Origin: Candidatus Latescibacterota bacterium
GTDB lineage: Bacteria > Latescibacterota > UBA2968 > GCA-2709665
Length of the DNA stretch: 64,000 nucleotides
Assembly (NCBI GenBank): GCA_965237675.1
Contig: OZ250150.1
Coordinates: 4,192,001-4,256,000 of the forward strand
Direction of reading: 5' to 3'
Shown here: positions 9,568 through 18,769 of the stretch, in pieces
Position numbering within the stretch: position 1 is the first letter of the stretch
How the letters are laid out: the number at the start of each line of letters is the position of its first letter
The notes under the pieces: generated by a model
Told to the model about the DNA's origin: nothing
Database searches by the model: none
Seen by the model: only the letters and a program-made list of their open reading frames with translations
Position numbers and translations under genes: made by a program

Positions 9568-11088
9568 TCACGCAAAAATCCGTCTGATCCGGTAATAGAC
9601 CCGCAACCCGAATTGTTTTTCTTCGTCTTCAACGCCGAACAGGCAGAGAAATCCGCCATAGCACAGAAAAATCAGCAGGGCGTGGCTGAGTACATCCCAG
9701 ACGGGTGTCACCGAAGCAAAAGGGCCGCACACCTTCATCAATACGGCGGTCGCGCAGCCTGCAAGCAGTGGCTTTACAAGCTTGATTGAAAACGCGTGTA
9801 CTTTCAGCCGTCGAAATACCCACCAGGAGGAGAGTGCCTGCGAGAGAATTGCCGTGAATGCGGCGCCCATCGCCCCTCCCATCGGGCCGAACCGGCCAAC
9901 CAGAACAAATGTACCCAACCCGCTGATCAGCAGTGTGACGATCCGGACACCCAGCAGGGCATCCGGATGCCCGGTCATCACCAGAACGTAGCCTGACAAC
10001 CCCAGCAGGGCAGATGCGGTGGCGCCAACCAACAGAATCAACAACCAGGGATATCCGGCCGAGAATTCCGACCCCACAAATCCGGCGATTTGGCTCCCTT
10101 TGAAAGCGAATACGAGCAGAATGGGAATGGTCACCAGCATCACCCAGCGTGTCACAAGCTTGAAGAAATCGTCCAGACGCGAGATCTGTCCACGGGCGTG
10201 ATATTCGGCAAAGAAGGGGTTCGCAATCGGATCGAATGCACCGGAGACGGCGCGCACGATACCGGCCAGTTGGATCATCACGCCATATACGGCAATGGTT
10301 TCGGCCGTGATATACGATCCGACGATAACGACGTCCAATCGTCCGTTCAGGTCCGCGATCAGATCGATCAGGAACATCGAAAACGAAAAACGAAAAAGCT
10401 TTTTTTCAAATCCAACCCCTCGTTCAGACCACGTTCGCCACGGGAAGAACCTGAAAACCGGTACGATGGAACAACAGAACACAATGGCCATGGCGACCAG
10501 ATATGCCGCGCAAATCCCCGTCAGACCCATGCCGAGAAGGTAGAACAGGATCGCGAAGCCGATCAACAACGCGGGTTCGGCAAGCCCTTTGACGTATAGC
10601 TGATATTCCATAACCTTGTGCGCGATCGGAATCTGCAGCAACAACCCGCCCATGGTCTGGAAGAAGACGACGAACGCCATCCATCGCAGTGCGACATCCA
10701 CCCGCTCACGTCCGATTAAACCCCCCAGGGAATCGGAAAACAGAACACAGCCCAAGCTTACTGCGAGGCTTAAAACACCTCCTGCCAGAAGGGCTGTTCT
10801 GATGCATCCCAGAGCACGATTTTTTTCTTCCCGTGACTGATGGTAGGCCACGTGCCGGAGCAATGCCTTGTCAAGACCGAAAAACGCAAACCGGGAAAAC
10901 AGATTCACCCACGTCCACGCGAGATAATAGAGACCGTACGACGCAGGAGAATATAGACGTGCGGCAATGAGATAAAATGCCGGGCGACCCAGCTTCGAAA
11001 ATAGGGTCAGGAGATTGACACCCACGCCCCGGGAGAGCGTCGCAAGATCCACCGCGTTGCGCGTCTGTTCCTCGGTATTTTCAGCCAT
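9568..11088 (-). CDS. Polysaccharide flippase (Wzx/MOP superfamily)
   Basis: Roughly 12-14 TM helices, ARLYSPASYGLY, RLDVVIVG and GPMGGAMG; lies between GT2 and GT4 genes. Confidence 0.85.
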   Translation of the reverse strand: MAENTEEQTRNAVDLATLSRGVGVNLLTLFSKLGRPAFYLIAARLYSPASYGLYYLAWTWVNLFSRFAFFGLDKALLRHVAYHQSREEKNRALGCIRTALLAGGVLSLAVSLGCVLFSDSLGGLIGRERVDVALRWMAFVVFFQTMGGLLLQIPIAHKVMEYQLYVKGLAEPALLIGFAILFYLLGMGLTGICAAYLVAMAIVFCCSIVPVFRFFPWRTWSERGVGFEKKLFRFSFSMFLIDLIADLNGRLDVVIVGSYITAETIAVYGVMIQLAGIVRAVSGAFDPIANPFFAEYHARGQISRLDDFFKLVTRWVMLVTIPILLVFAFKGSQIAGFVGSEFSAGYPWLLILLVGATASALLGLSGYVLVMTGHPDALLGVRIVTLLISGLGTFVLVGRFGPMGGAMGAAFTAILSQALSSWWVFRRLKVHAFSIKLVKPLLAGCATAVLMKVCGPFASVTPVWDVLSHALLIFLCYGGFLCLFGVEDEEKQFGLRVYYRIRRIFA

Positions 11089-11094
11089 TCCACC

Positions 11095-12000
11095 TCAAAA
11101 TCCGGCCCCGTTTTTCCGGGCGTTCCGATAGAGACAGACCGCCGTCCGGATTCCCCGCGCCAGGGCCTTCAGCTTCCGCGGCATGGTCCACCAGAAACCG
11201 AACGCGCACAAACGACCGCGAAGGACGAAAAATCGCACGAACAGATTGAGAAAGAAGTACGGGGCAAGCCGCTTGTCATAGTGTTTCAGCCAGAAATAGA
11301 ACTCATTGGTATAGGTCGTCGGATCGCCCGCCTGATCCGATACCCGGCAGCCCCCTGAAGGCGCTGCGTGGTGAAAAACCGCGGCTTCCGGCTCGAAAAC
11401 CATTCGGCCATTCCCGGCCTTGAGATATCGGAGACAGAAATCCGTATCCTCCCGAAGCGCGCTTCCCGCAAACTGTTCGTCGAAACCGCCACAGCGCTCC
11501 GCCTGCTCGCGGAGGAAAGAAAAATTCCCGCCCGGGCCGTGCGACACATTCCGCCGGACGGTTGCATGGAAATTCGAAATCACGCGACCATACCAGGTCA
11601 CCGAACCAACGCGCGTCGGTTCCGGGCGGCCGTGGCTCTGCACGTTCAAGATTCCACCTGCCACGGCGCTGACATCCACCGCTTCGTAGTTGCGCAAATG
11701 GCTCCGGATGAAGTCGCCCGGCAGATCAACATCGTCGTCAAGATAGAGAATGACCTCCCCGCGGGCTTTCCTCATGCCCAGGTTTCTTGCCCGCGTCAGG
11801 CTGGCCGTACTCGTATTCTTGTATCGGACTCGCGCGCGGACGGAAGTCAGATACGCCTGGACGTCCGGTGGGTGCTCTGTGGACTGGTCGATCACAATCA
11901 CTTCGAAAGACGGATACGTCTGCCGCAATACCTGCTGCAGTGTTCTGCGCAGAAATACCGAGCGGTTGTAGGTTGGAATTATAACCGATACGTGTTTCAT
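11095..12000 (-). CDS. Glycosyltransferase family 2
   Basis: VSVIIPTYNR, EVIVIDQS, ARNLGMRKARGEVILYLDDD and GGFDEQF...REDTDF. The start may be 12030. Confidence 0.93.
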   Translation of the reverse strand: MKHVSVIIPTYNRSVFLRRTLQQVLRQTYPSFEVIVIDQSTEHPPDVQAYLTSVRARVRYKNTSTASLTRARNLGMRKARGEVILYLDDDVDLPGDFIRSHLRNYEAVDVSAVAGGILNVQSHGRPEPTRVGSVTWYGRVISNFHATVRRNVSHGPGGNFSFLREQAERCGGFDEQFAGSALREDTDFCLRYLKAGNGRMVFEPEAAVFHHAAPSGGCRVSDQAGDPTTYTNEFYFWLKHYDKRLAPYFFLNLFVRFFVLRGRLCAFGFWWTMPRKLKALARGIRTAVCLYRNARKNGAGF

Positions 12001-12271
12001 CCCGGTGGGGTTCCGATGGCGGGACCGCATTCGACGTTAACTTCCGTAGCTTCGTCGGTAAGGACACGGGAACAACAGGAAATCTGTTTCAGACGTACCG
12101 CGGCACTGCGGTGAATGCTCTATTGACCGGCAGCTGTTTTCGCCAGTTCAATGCCCGGTGTACTCATCGCGTGAAACGGCGACAACCAATATCGGAAGGG
12201 CTGCGGAAGACGGACGGGCCGGTGCGAAACACATCGGATCCGTCAACACCCATGCGCGCCGTGTCGCCAGA

Positions 12272-13333
12272 TTACAGACTTTCATTCTCTACTCGATCCA
12301 GCACCGGGAGTTCCGCCGACGGCGCATCCGAGGCGCAAAACGAGATTACCCGATCGTGGAGGGAAGCACCGTTCAACTCTCTGTAGTACGCAAAAAGGTA
12401 CTCGTTCATGTATCCAGCGTACTTGCCCCCGCGCTCCTCCGCCCACGCACAGATCTTCCTGTCCGGACCCTCCACACGGTACCACTCCCGGGCCAATTTA
12501 AGCACCCACGTATCCACGGGCACGGCATCAAGTCGTTCCAGTGCGAACAGATCTATACACTTTCCGACCTTCAGTCCGACGCCGGTTCCGGACTGCTTCT
12601 TCAATGCGTCCACGATTTTCCGCCAGTCATGAAGTGACAGCCGCGCCGGATCATCTCCTGTCCGCGCAGAAACAGACCGGGCCGTTTCAACCACGCGTTC
12701 GGACCGCCACCCAAATCGGTTAAACCTGAAATACGAACCGTCCAGCCGTGCCAACGCGGCGGGTTCGGGAAACGTACAGTACCTTCTGCCCATAAACTCA
12801 ACCTCGCGGCCCCACATTTCCGCCAGAAAATTGACACGCCGCTTCGTCAGATTCATATGCGCCTGCACCGACAAAACGTACGAAATCACACACTCGAACG
12901 GCATCTGGCGGACAAACCGAAATCCCTTCAAGAGTTTCCTTGCGCGGCGCAGGTATCCGTCTCCTCGAGGGACGCGAATTCGGGGCCATTCGTCCAATCT
13001 CAGGTACCAGACGAGAAATTCGGCAACCGGCATCTCACCCCGGTAGGTGGCAACGGTTGACGCCCCCGCGCGGTATATCAGTGTGTCGCCCACCTGACGC
13101 AGATGGAACACGGTTTCATAGGCAACGCCTTTCCACCATCCATCCACGTCGCGGCCCCACCGAAACACCTGTCCCCCGGCCAATGTATACCCCAGGTTGA
13201 ATTCCCTGGTTTCGATCTCGCCGGTAACAGGTCGGCAGCCGGACAGACGAGTTCTGCGCTGCGGCGCGATATCCCGCGCACGCTCGGCCACCCGTGGCCC
13301 CGGCCGTTGACACCTGATCGATAGTTTCCCCAT
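12272..13333 (-). CDS. 8-oxoguanine DNA glycosylase/AP lyase (OGG_N + HhH-GPD)
   Basis: FNLGYTLAGGQVFRW (OGG_N) and GVGLKVGKCIDLFALERLDAVPVDTWV (HhH with catalytic Lys and PVD Asp). Start uncertain. Confidence 0.85.
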   Translation of the reverse strand: MGKLSIRCQRPGPRVAERARDIAPQRRTRLSGCRPVTGEIETREFNLGYTLAGGQVFRWGRDVDGWWKGVAYETVFHLRQVGDTLIYRAGASTVATYRGEMPVAEFLVWYLRLDEWPRIRVPRGDGYLRRARKLLKGFRFVRQMPFECVISYVLSVQAHMNLTKRRVNFLAEMWGREVEFMGRRYCTFPEPAALARLDGSYFRFNRFGWRSERVVETARSVSARTGDDPARLSLHDWRKIVDALKKQSGTGVGLKVGKCIDLFALERLDAVPVDTWVLKLAREWYRVEGPDRKICAWAEERGGKYAGYMNEYLFAYYRELNGASLHDRVISFCASDAPSAELPVLDRVENESL

Positions 13334-13557
13334 TTCGCTTTCCATTATAGGTATTTTGACCGGATGCGGCAAGCGTCCAGTCTTCCCGGCAGGTTCCCAC
13401 GTGGGTCCGGTGCATTCCCGCGGTGAAGCAAAGAATCCGTACGACGGTTGTCAGGACTTGCGTATTCTCCAGGATACCTAAGCCGTCCCGCCCCGGTACA
13501 CGAGCCTGATTGAATGCGAGCAAGTCGCTCGAAAACGCTGCCGTGATTATATATACC

Positions 13558-13586
13558 TTGACTCAGTCGCGGTGTCGGGTTATGTT
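13558..13586 (+). promoter_or_regulatory. Sigma70-like promoter of the ABC/DUF1854 operon
   Basis: TTGACT-N17-TATGTT, ~70 nt upstream of GTG 13658. Confidence 0.5.
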
Positions 13587-13657
13587 AAGTAAGCAACTAC
13601 TTGCATGTTGCTTCAGCGTGCTGCCAGAGCGCCCGTTTTGTACGGACAGGATGCCGC

Positions 13658-16027
13658 GTGGACACCCCAAATCATCTCGCTCCCGAAGCACAAATCCGTG
13701 AGGAAATCCCCGAAACCATTCTCGCCTGGCTGACCGACCTTCTTGAGCCGGATGAGGAGATTCTCCTGTCCGTCTCGACCGATCTGCGGTTCGGTGGCGG
13801 CTACGGGCCGGCCTGGCTTGTGGCGACCGGACAACGTCTGATGGGTATCAGCCCCTCCGAGGCCGGGCCTCCGGAAACCGTCAGTATCCGCCTCGCGGAA
13901 ATTAACCGCGTGGAAGTCCGCGAACTCTTTGGCAGCGGTGTGCTCAAAGTGCGGACCTCGCGAAGGGGTGCCTCGCTCGCTTTCTTTACCAAATCCCTGC
14001 TTTCCAAGTTTTCCGAAGTTCCCTCGCAAATCGAACACCTGGTCAGGCAGGCCAGACCCGTCCCGGCCGATGCACAGATTGCCAACGCAGGCGTTGACGG
14101 GTTTACAGGGCGGAAGAAGCGGTGCGAACGGTGTCAGCAGGTCATCCCTCACTGGATGGGTGTCTGTCCAATGTGCATGGATACCCGCAAACTGTTCTTC
14201 CGCCTCCTGGGATATGCCTCATCCTATTGGCAACTGGCGGTCGGCAGCCTTCTTCTTCTCCTGACTGCTACGTTTATCGGCCTGACGCCACCGCTATTGA
14301 TGCGCACCCTCATCGATGACGTTCTGGTTACCGACACGGTTGAGTGGGCGCCGGGCAATGCATCGACACGTGACGACGCGCGCTCGACGGGAACGCAGGG
14401 CCAGGCGCGGGATCTTCCGCCGCCCTCCAAGGACGGCAAGGGCGGGTTACTCGCCCTACTCGTGCTGCTCCTTCTGCTGGTCAACATTTCCCGGAACGGG
14501 CTGAGCGCCGTGCGGACGTATCTGCTCGCAAGGCTCGGACAGCGGATCACGTTCGACCTCCGTAGAGAGGTGTACCGCCATCTGCACCATCTTTCCCTCA
14601 GCTTCTACAACGAACGGGAAACCGGGCGTATCATGGCGAGCATCACGCAGGACGTCAGCCGGCTTCAGGACTTCATCTCCGACGGTCTTCAGGAAGTCAT
14701 CCGCGACGTTGCCACCATCGTAATTATCTGCATCATTCTATTTTCGCTAAACCCGGGTCTGGCGGTTTTTGTTCTGCTGCCCACGCCCCTTCTGATCTTT
14801 CTTACACGTTACTTCGGAAGCAAATTACACGACCTTTATCACGTGCTATGGCGCCGGTGGGCCGACATCAATGCCCTGCTGGCGGACACCATTCCGGGGG
14901 TGCGGGTCGTCAAAGCCTTTGCCCAGGAAAAGCGGGAAGTGACAAAATTCGAAAACCGGAGTTGGGGCCTGCTTACCGGCGAAATCCGTGTGGCACGTGT
15001 CCGGAGTACCTTTGCACCCATTATGACATTCCTCACCTCCTTGGGTACCCTCATCATCTGGTGGATGGGCGGCAACAAAGTCCTGAGCGGTAGCCTATCC
15101 ATTGGAGAATTCGTAGCTTTTACGGGATACATGTGGCAGTTCTACGGCCCGGTAGAGAGTCTGTGCCGCCTGAACCATCGTTTTCAGCGGGCGGCCACCT
15201 CGGCCGAGCGGATATTCGAAGTCCTGGACACTCAGTCCGATGTGGCCGACAGGCCGGGTGCAGTCTCAATGCCGCGAATTTCAGGTCGGGTTGAGTTTTC
15301 CGGCGTCACATTCGCTTACGAACCCGGTAAACCCGTCCTTCGAAACCTGAACTTCAACGTCGAACCGGGTGAAATGATCGGGCTTGCCGGCCACAGCGGT
15401 GCAGGAAAGAGCACACTCATCAACCTCATCTGCAGGTTCTACGACATCCAGGAAGGCGTCATCCGTATTGACGGTCACGACATCAGGGAAGTCTCTCTGG
15501 AGTCCCTAAGGGCTCAGATCGGCGTGGTGCTTCAGGATCCTTTTCTGTTTACCGGATCCGTCGCCGAGAACATCGCCTACGGCAAACCTGACGCCGCGCT
15601 GGACGAAATCGTAGCCGCCGCCAAAGCGGCAAATGCCCACGATTTCATAATGGATTTTCCCGAAGGCTACGACACGCCCGTCGGCGAACGTGGGTTGCGC
15701 GTATCCGGCGGCGAACGGCAGCGCCTTTCCATTTCACGGGCGATTCTGAGAAACCCGCGTATCCTGATCCTGGACGAAGCAACGGCAAGTGTGGATACCG
15801 AAACCGAAGCTCAGATCCAGGATGCAATCGCGCGCCTGGTCAAAGGCCGCACAACCTTCGCAATTGCCCACCGGCTGTCGACGCTCAAGAACGCCACCCG
15901 TCTGCTGATCGTCGACAAAGGCGAATTGGCCGAAATGGGCACGCACGAAGACCTTATCGGACACAACGGAATCTATGCCCGGCTTTGCCGCATGCAAACC
16001 GAAATGTCCAAATTGCGCGCCTGGTAA
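13658..16027 (+). CDS. ABC transporter permease/ATP-binding protein with N-terminal PH-like domain and CxxC..CxxC zinc ribbon
   Basis: Walker A GHSGAGKS, signature VSGGERQR, ILILDEAT, H-loop IAHRLST and an ABC membrane domain. CERC...CPMC precedes the TM region. Confidence 0.93.
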   Translation: MDTPNHLAPEAQIREEIPETILAWLTDLLEPDEEILLSVSTDLRFGGGYGPAWLVATGQRLMGISPSEAGPPETVSIRLAEINRVEVRELFGSGVLKVRTSRRGASLAFFTKSLLSKFSEVPSQIEHLVRQARPVPADAQIANAGVDGFTGRKKRCERCQQVIPHWMGVCPMCMDTRKLFFRLLGYASSYWQLAVGSLLLLLTATFIGLTPPLLMRTLIDDVLVTDTVEWAPGNASTRDDARSTGTQGQARDLPPPSKDGKGGLLALLVLLLLLVNISRNGLSAVRTYLLARLGQRITFDLRREVYRHLHHLSLSFYNERETGRIMASITQDVSRLQDFISDGLQEVIRDVATIVIICIILFSLNPGLAVFVLLPTPLLIFLTRYFGSKLHDLYHVLWRRWADINALLADTIPGVRVVKAFAQEKREVTKFENRSWGLLTGEIRVARVRSTFAPIMTFLTSLGTLIIWWMGGNKVLSGSLSIGEFVAFTGYMWQFYGPVESLCRLNHRFQRAATSAERIFEVLDTQSDVADRPGAVSMPRISGRVEFSGVTFAYEPGKPVLRNLNFNVEPGEMIGLAGHSGAGKSTLINLICRFYDIQEGVIRIDGHDIREVSLESLRAQIGVVLQDPFLFTGSVAENIAYGKPDAALDEIVAAAKAANAHDFIMDFPEGYDTPVGERGLRVSGGERQRLSISRAILRNPRILILDEATASVDTETEAQIQDAIARLVKGRTTFAIAHRLSTLKNATRLLIVDKGELAEMGTHEDLIGHNGIYARLCRMQTEMSKLRAW

Positions 16028-16069
16028 CCGGATGCACGTCCAGGCGAATCTCAGAATGTAGCAATCATT

Positions 16070-16576
16070 ATGCAGCAAGAGTACCATCTCACGCAAGAAC
16101 TAACGCTTTTGGATCCCGATCGGACCCGCATCTACCGGGATGAATTCACGGATTTGATCCTGGATTACGAGGGCGAACAACAACCGGTTACGGCACATCG
16201 TGCGTTTCCGCTCACGGCCACCGGTCAGTTCATTGTCCTCAAAAGCGTCGAAGGCGTGGAAATCGGCGCTATCCGGGACATCGCCCGCCTGAATAAAGAT
16301 AGCCGTAACATCCTGGAGGCCGACCTGGAACGCTCGTACTTCGCGCCGGTGATCCTTCAGATCAACCATCTTGAAGAGAACTTCCACATTCCGAAATGGG
16401 ACGTGGAAACCGATCATGGCCACCGGATATTCGAAGTCCGCAGCCGAAGGCGCGACATTCGCATCATGTCGGATGCCCGCATTCTGCTCAAAGACGCGGA
16501 CGGAAACCGGTATGAGATTCCCGACTACAGAATGCTGGATCCCGTCAGCCGCGCCTTTGTCGAGACGTTGATCTGA
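16070..16576 (+). CDS. DUF1854 domain-containing protein
   Basis: RAFPLT, LERSYFAPVILQI, WDVETDHG and LLKDADGNRYEIPDYRMLDPVSR; the usual partner of this ABC transporter type. Confidence 0.85.
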   Translation: MQQEYHLTQELTLLDPDRTRIYRDEFTDLILDYEGEQQPVTAHRAFPLTATGQFIVLKSVEGVEIGAIRDIARLNKDSRNILEADLERSYFAPVILQINHLEENFHIPKWDVETDHGHRIFEVRSRRRDIRIMSDARILLKDADGNRYEIPDYRMLDPVSRAFVETLI

Positions 16577-16709
16577 TCGCCAGCTGCCCACCCGGAAGGA
16601 TCCACCGCAATCTACCATTTGTTCAATACCCTTTGCCATCCTTGACATCTAATCGTATATTGCCTCCAAATACACGGAACCTTCGGTCCGAAACTCAGGA
16701 GACGCCTCA

Positions 16710-18560
16710 ATGAACCCGACAGTGCACGCTTCGACACCCGCCTCGCTCGACGGCGAATTGATACCGCAGGCGCCCGGGGAAGAAATCGATGTACGCAGCC
16801 TCATCTATCATCAGCTCTGCCGAGCTGACGAATTCCATGAAGGCGAAGGCAAACCCTTTACCGTCAACGGATCCCATATCGCCGTTTTTCTGGACAACGG
16901 CGAGTTTCAGGCCGTGGACAATCGCTGTCCTCATATGGGATATCCCATGTCCAAAGGCAGCGTCCGCGACGGCGTGTTGATATGCCACTGGCATCACTGG
17001 GAGTTCGACCTGAAAACCGGCGGCTGTTTCGAAACGTCCGGTTCGGGAAACGATCTGAAGAGCTTTCCCGTGGAGGTGAGAGAAGACGGATACCTCTACA
17101 TCGGCATGGCGGCTGACGAACGACAAGCCGCCCGTCAGAGAATGATCGACCGCGGACGGTATATCCTGGAACAGGGGTTGAAAGACCGGAGTTCCCTCAT
17201 TATAGCCAAGGGCGTGACCGCCCTGCGTCACGCGGAGGCATCGCCGCAGGAAATTATCCAGCAGGGCCTTTTCTACGGCTCGTACAAAACCACCGACGGC
17301 TTCTCGTCGGGTCTGGCCATCCTGACGCTCTGCGCGAACCTCTGGCACGACATCGCCGACCGCGACCACAATCTGTTCCTCGTCCACGGCCTTACACAAG
17401 TTTCCCGGCGCACCACAGGCGGCTCTCGCAGGCAGGGCTTTCCGTTCCCGAAAGCGACAGAGGAACCGGACCTGGACACCTACAAACGCTGGTTCAGGCG
17501 TCTCGTCGAACAACGGAACAGCAATGCGTCCCAGCGTATACTCATCACCCTGAACAACCGCGGCTTCTCCAAAGAGGCCGTTGCCGACGTGGTTTTCACT
17601 GCCGCCACGGACTTCTATTTCACAGGCGATGGCCATGCGCTGGACTTTGCAAACAAGCTCTTTGAAGCCCTGGACTTCGTGGACTGGCAGGGGGCAAGCG
17701 AAATCCTGCGCCCTATCGTCATCGACCTCATCACCCGCACCCGCCACGAGGAGACCGCCCGCTGGCAGGACAGCGTGCCGGTCCTGGAAGATATTTTCAC
17801 GCGCCTGGATGACATCTGGCGGGAAAACCAGAGAAACGAAGCACCTCTGGACACCTCGGCGTTCACCCGGATACTCCTGGGTGAAGAGATTGAACCCATA
17901 GTCTCAAGTATCGAAGACCTTCTGCGAAAGGGCGTCGATCCCACCCTCATCTGCCGATCCATGGTCTACGCCAGCGCCATCCGGACCACCCGCTTCCATC
18001 TGAAAAACGAGGGCGACTGGCACGACGTGGCCAACATCTACTCCTACGCTCATGCCCTCTACAGCGCTTTTCACCGTGCACCGTCGAGGGACCTGCTTCG
18101 GGGCATTTTCCATGGCGCGGTATACCTCACCTATCTGCGCTGGCTCAATATGCCTGCGGCCCGGGTACCGAGATCAGGCCAGCGTCTGAGCGACGCCTTC
18201 GACTCCGAAGACCAGATGCTCGCCCGGCTTCAGGAATTCGCGGATTTCCAGAAAGTCTACGAAGCGGAAATGCTCGTAAATCAGTACCTGGAGGAAGGCC
18301 GCGACATTTCTCGCCTTAAACACACCCTTGCCCACATCATGCTGCGTGAAGACGCTGAACTACATATGTTCCAGGTGCTTGAAGTGGCCTTCCGTCACTT
18401 CGAGCTCACGGATGACCCGGATGAGAAACGCATGCATCTCCTGGCGGCTACCCGATACATTACCGCCCAGAAGGTGATGAAGGCCATTCTCTGGTCTACC
18501 GAAAACGCGGAACGGCTCCAGCGGGGCGACCTGTTGAGCGAACGGGAAGACGACAATTAG
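16710..18560 (+). CDS. Rieske [2Fe-2S] domain protein fused to a long helical C-terminal region
   Basis: DNRCPHMGYP...ICHWHHWEFDLKTG Rieske motifs; ~480-aa C-terminal region of unknown function; AGGAG RBS. Confidence 0.85.
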   Translation: MNPTVHASTPASLDGELIPQAPGEEIDVRSLIYHQLCRADEFHEGEGKPFTVNGSHIAVFLDNGEFQAVDNRCPHMGYPMSKGSVRDGVLICHWHHWEFDLKTGGCFETSGSGNDLKSFPVEVREDGYLYIGMAADERQAARQRMIDRGRYILEQGLKDRSSLIIAKGVTALRHAEASPQEIIQQGLFYGSYKTTDGFSSGLAILTLCANLWHDIADRDHNLFLVHGLTQVSRRTTGGSRRQGFPFPKATEEPDLDTYKRWFRRLVEQRNSNASQRILITLNNRGFSKEAVADVVFTAATDFYFTGDGHALDFANKLFEALDFVDWQGASEILRPIVIDLITRTRHEETARWQDSVPVLEDIFTRLDDIWRENQRNEAPLDTSAFTRILLGEEIEPIVSSIEDLLRKGVDPTLICRSMVYASAIRTTRFHLKNEGDWHDVANIYSYAHALYSAFHRAPSRDLLRGIFHGAVYLTYLRWLNMPAARVPRSGQRLSDAFDSEDQMLARLQEFADFQKVYEAEMLVNQYLEEGRDISRLKHTLAHIMLREDAELHMFQVLEVAFRHFELTDDPDEKRMHLLAATRYITAQKVMKAILWSTENAERLQRGDLLSEREDDN

Positions 18561-18769
18561 AAGATTGTCCAACGGGCACAGAGGGTCAGACGTCGAGTTG
18601 CGCCCGTCGGAACGGCCTCAAGGCCTGCCGTGTACTACGATAAATCAAGAACTGCGCGCAGGATTCCATTCCCATGCATTTTGGTGACCGGTGGATTTGG
18701 CAACGGATTCCAGATTCACACGTTTGACACCCCCGTCCGGGTGTTCTCATCCAAGGGAGTCGCTGCTCA

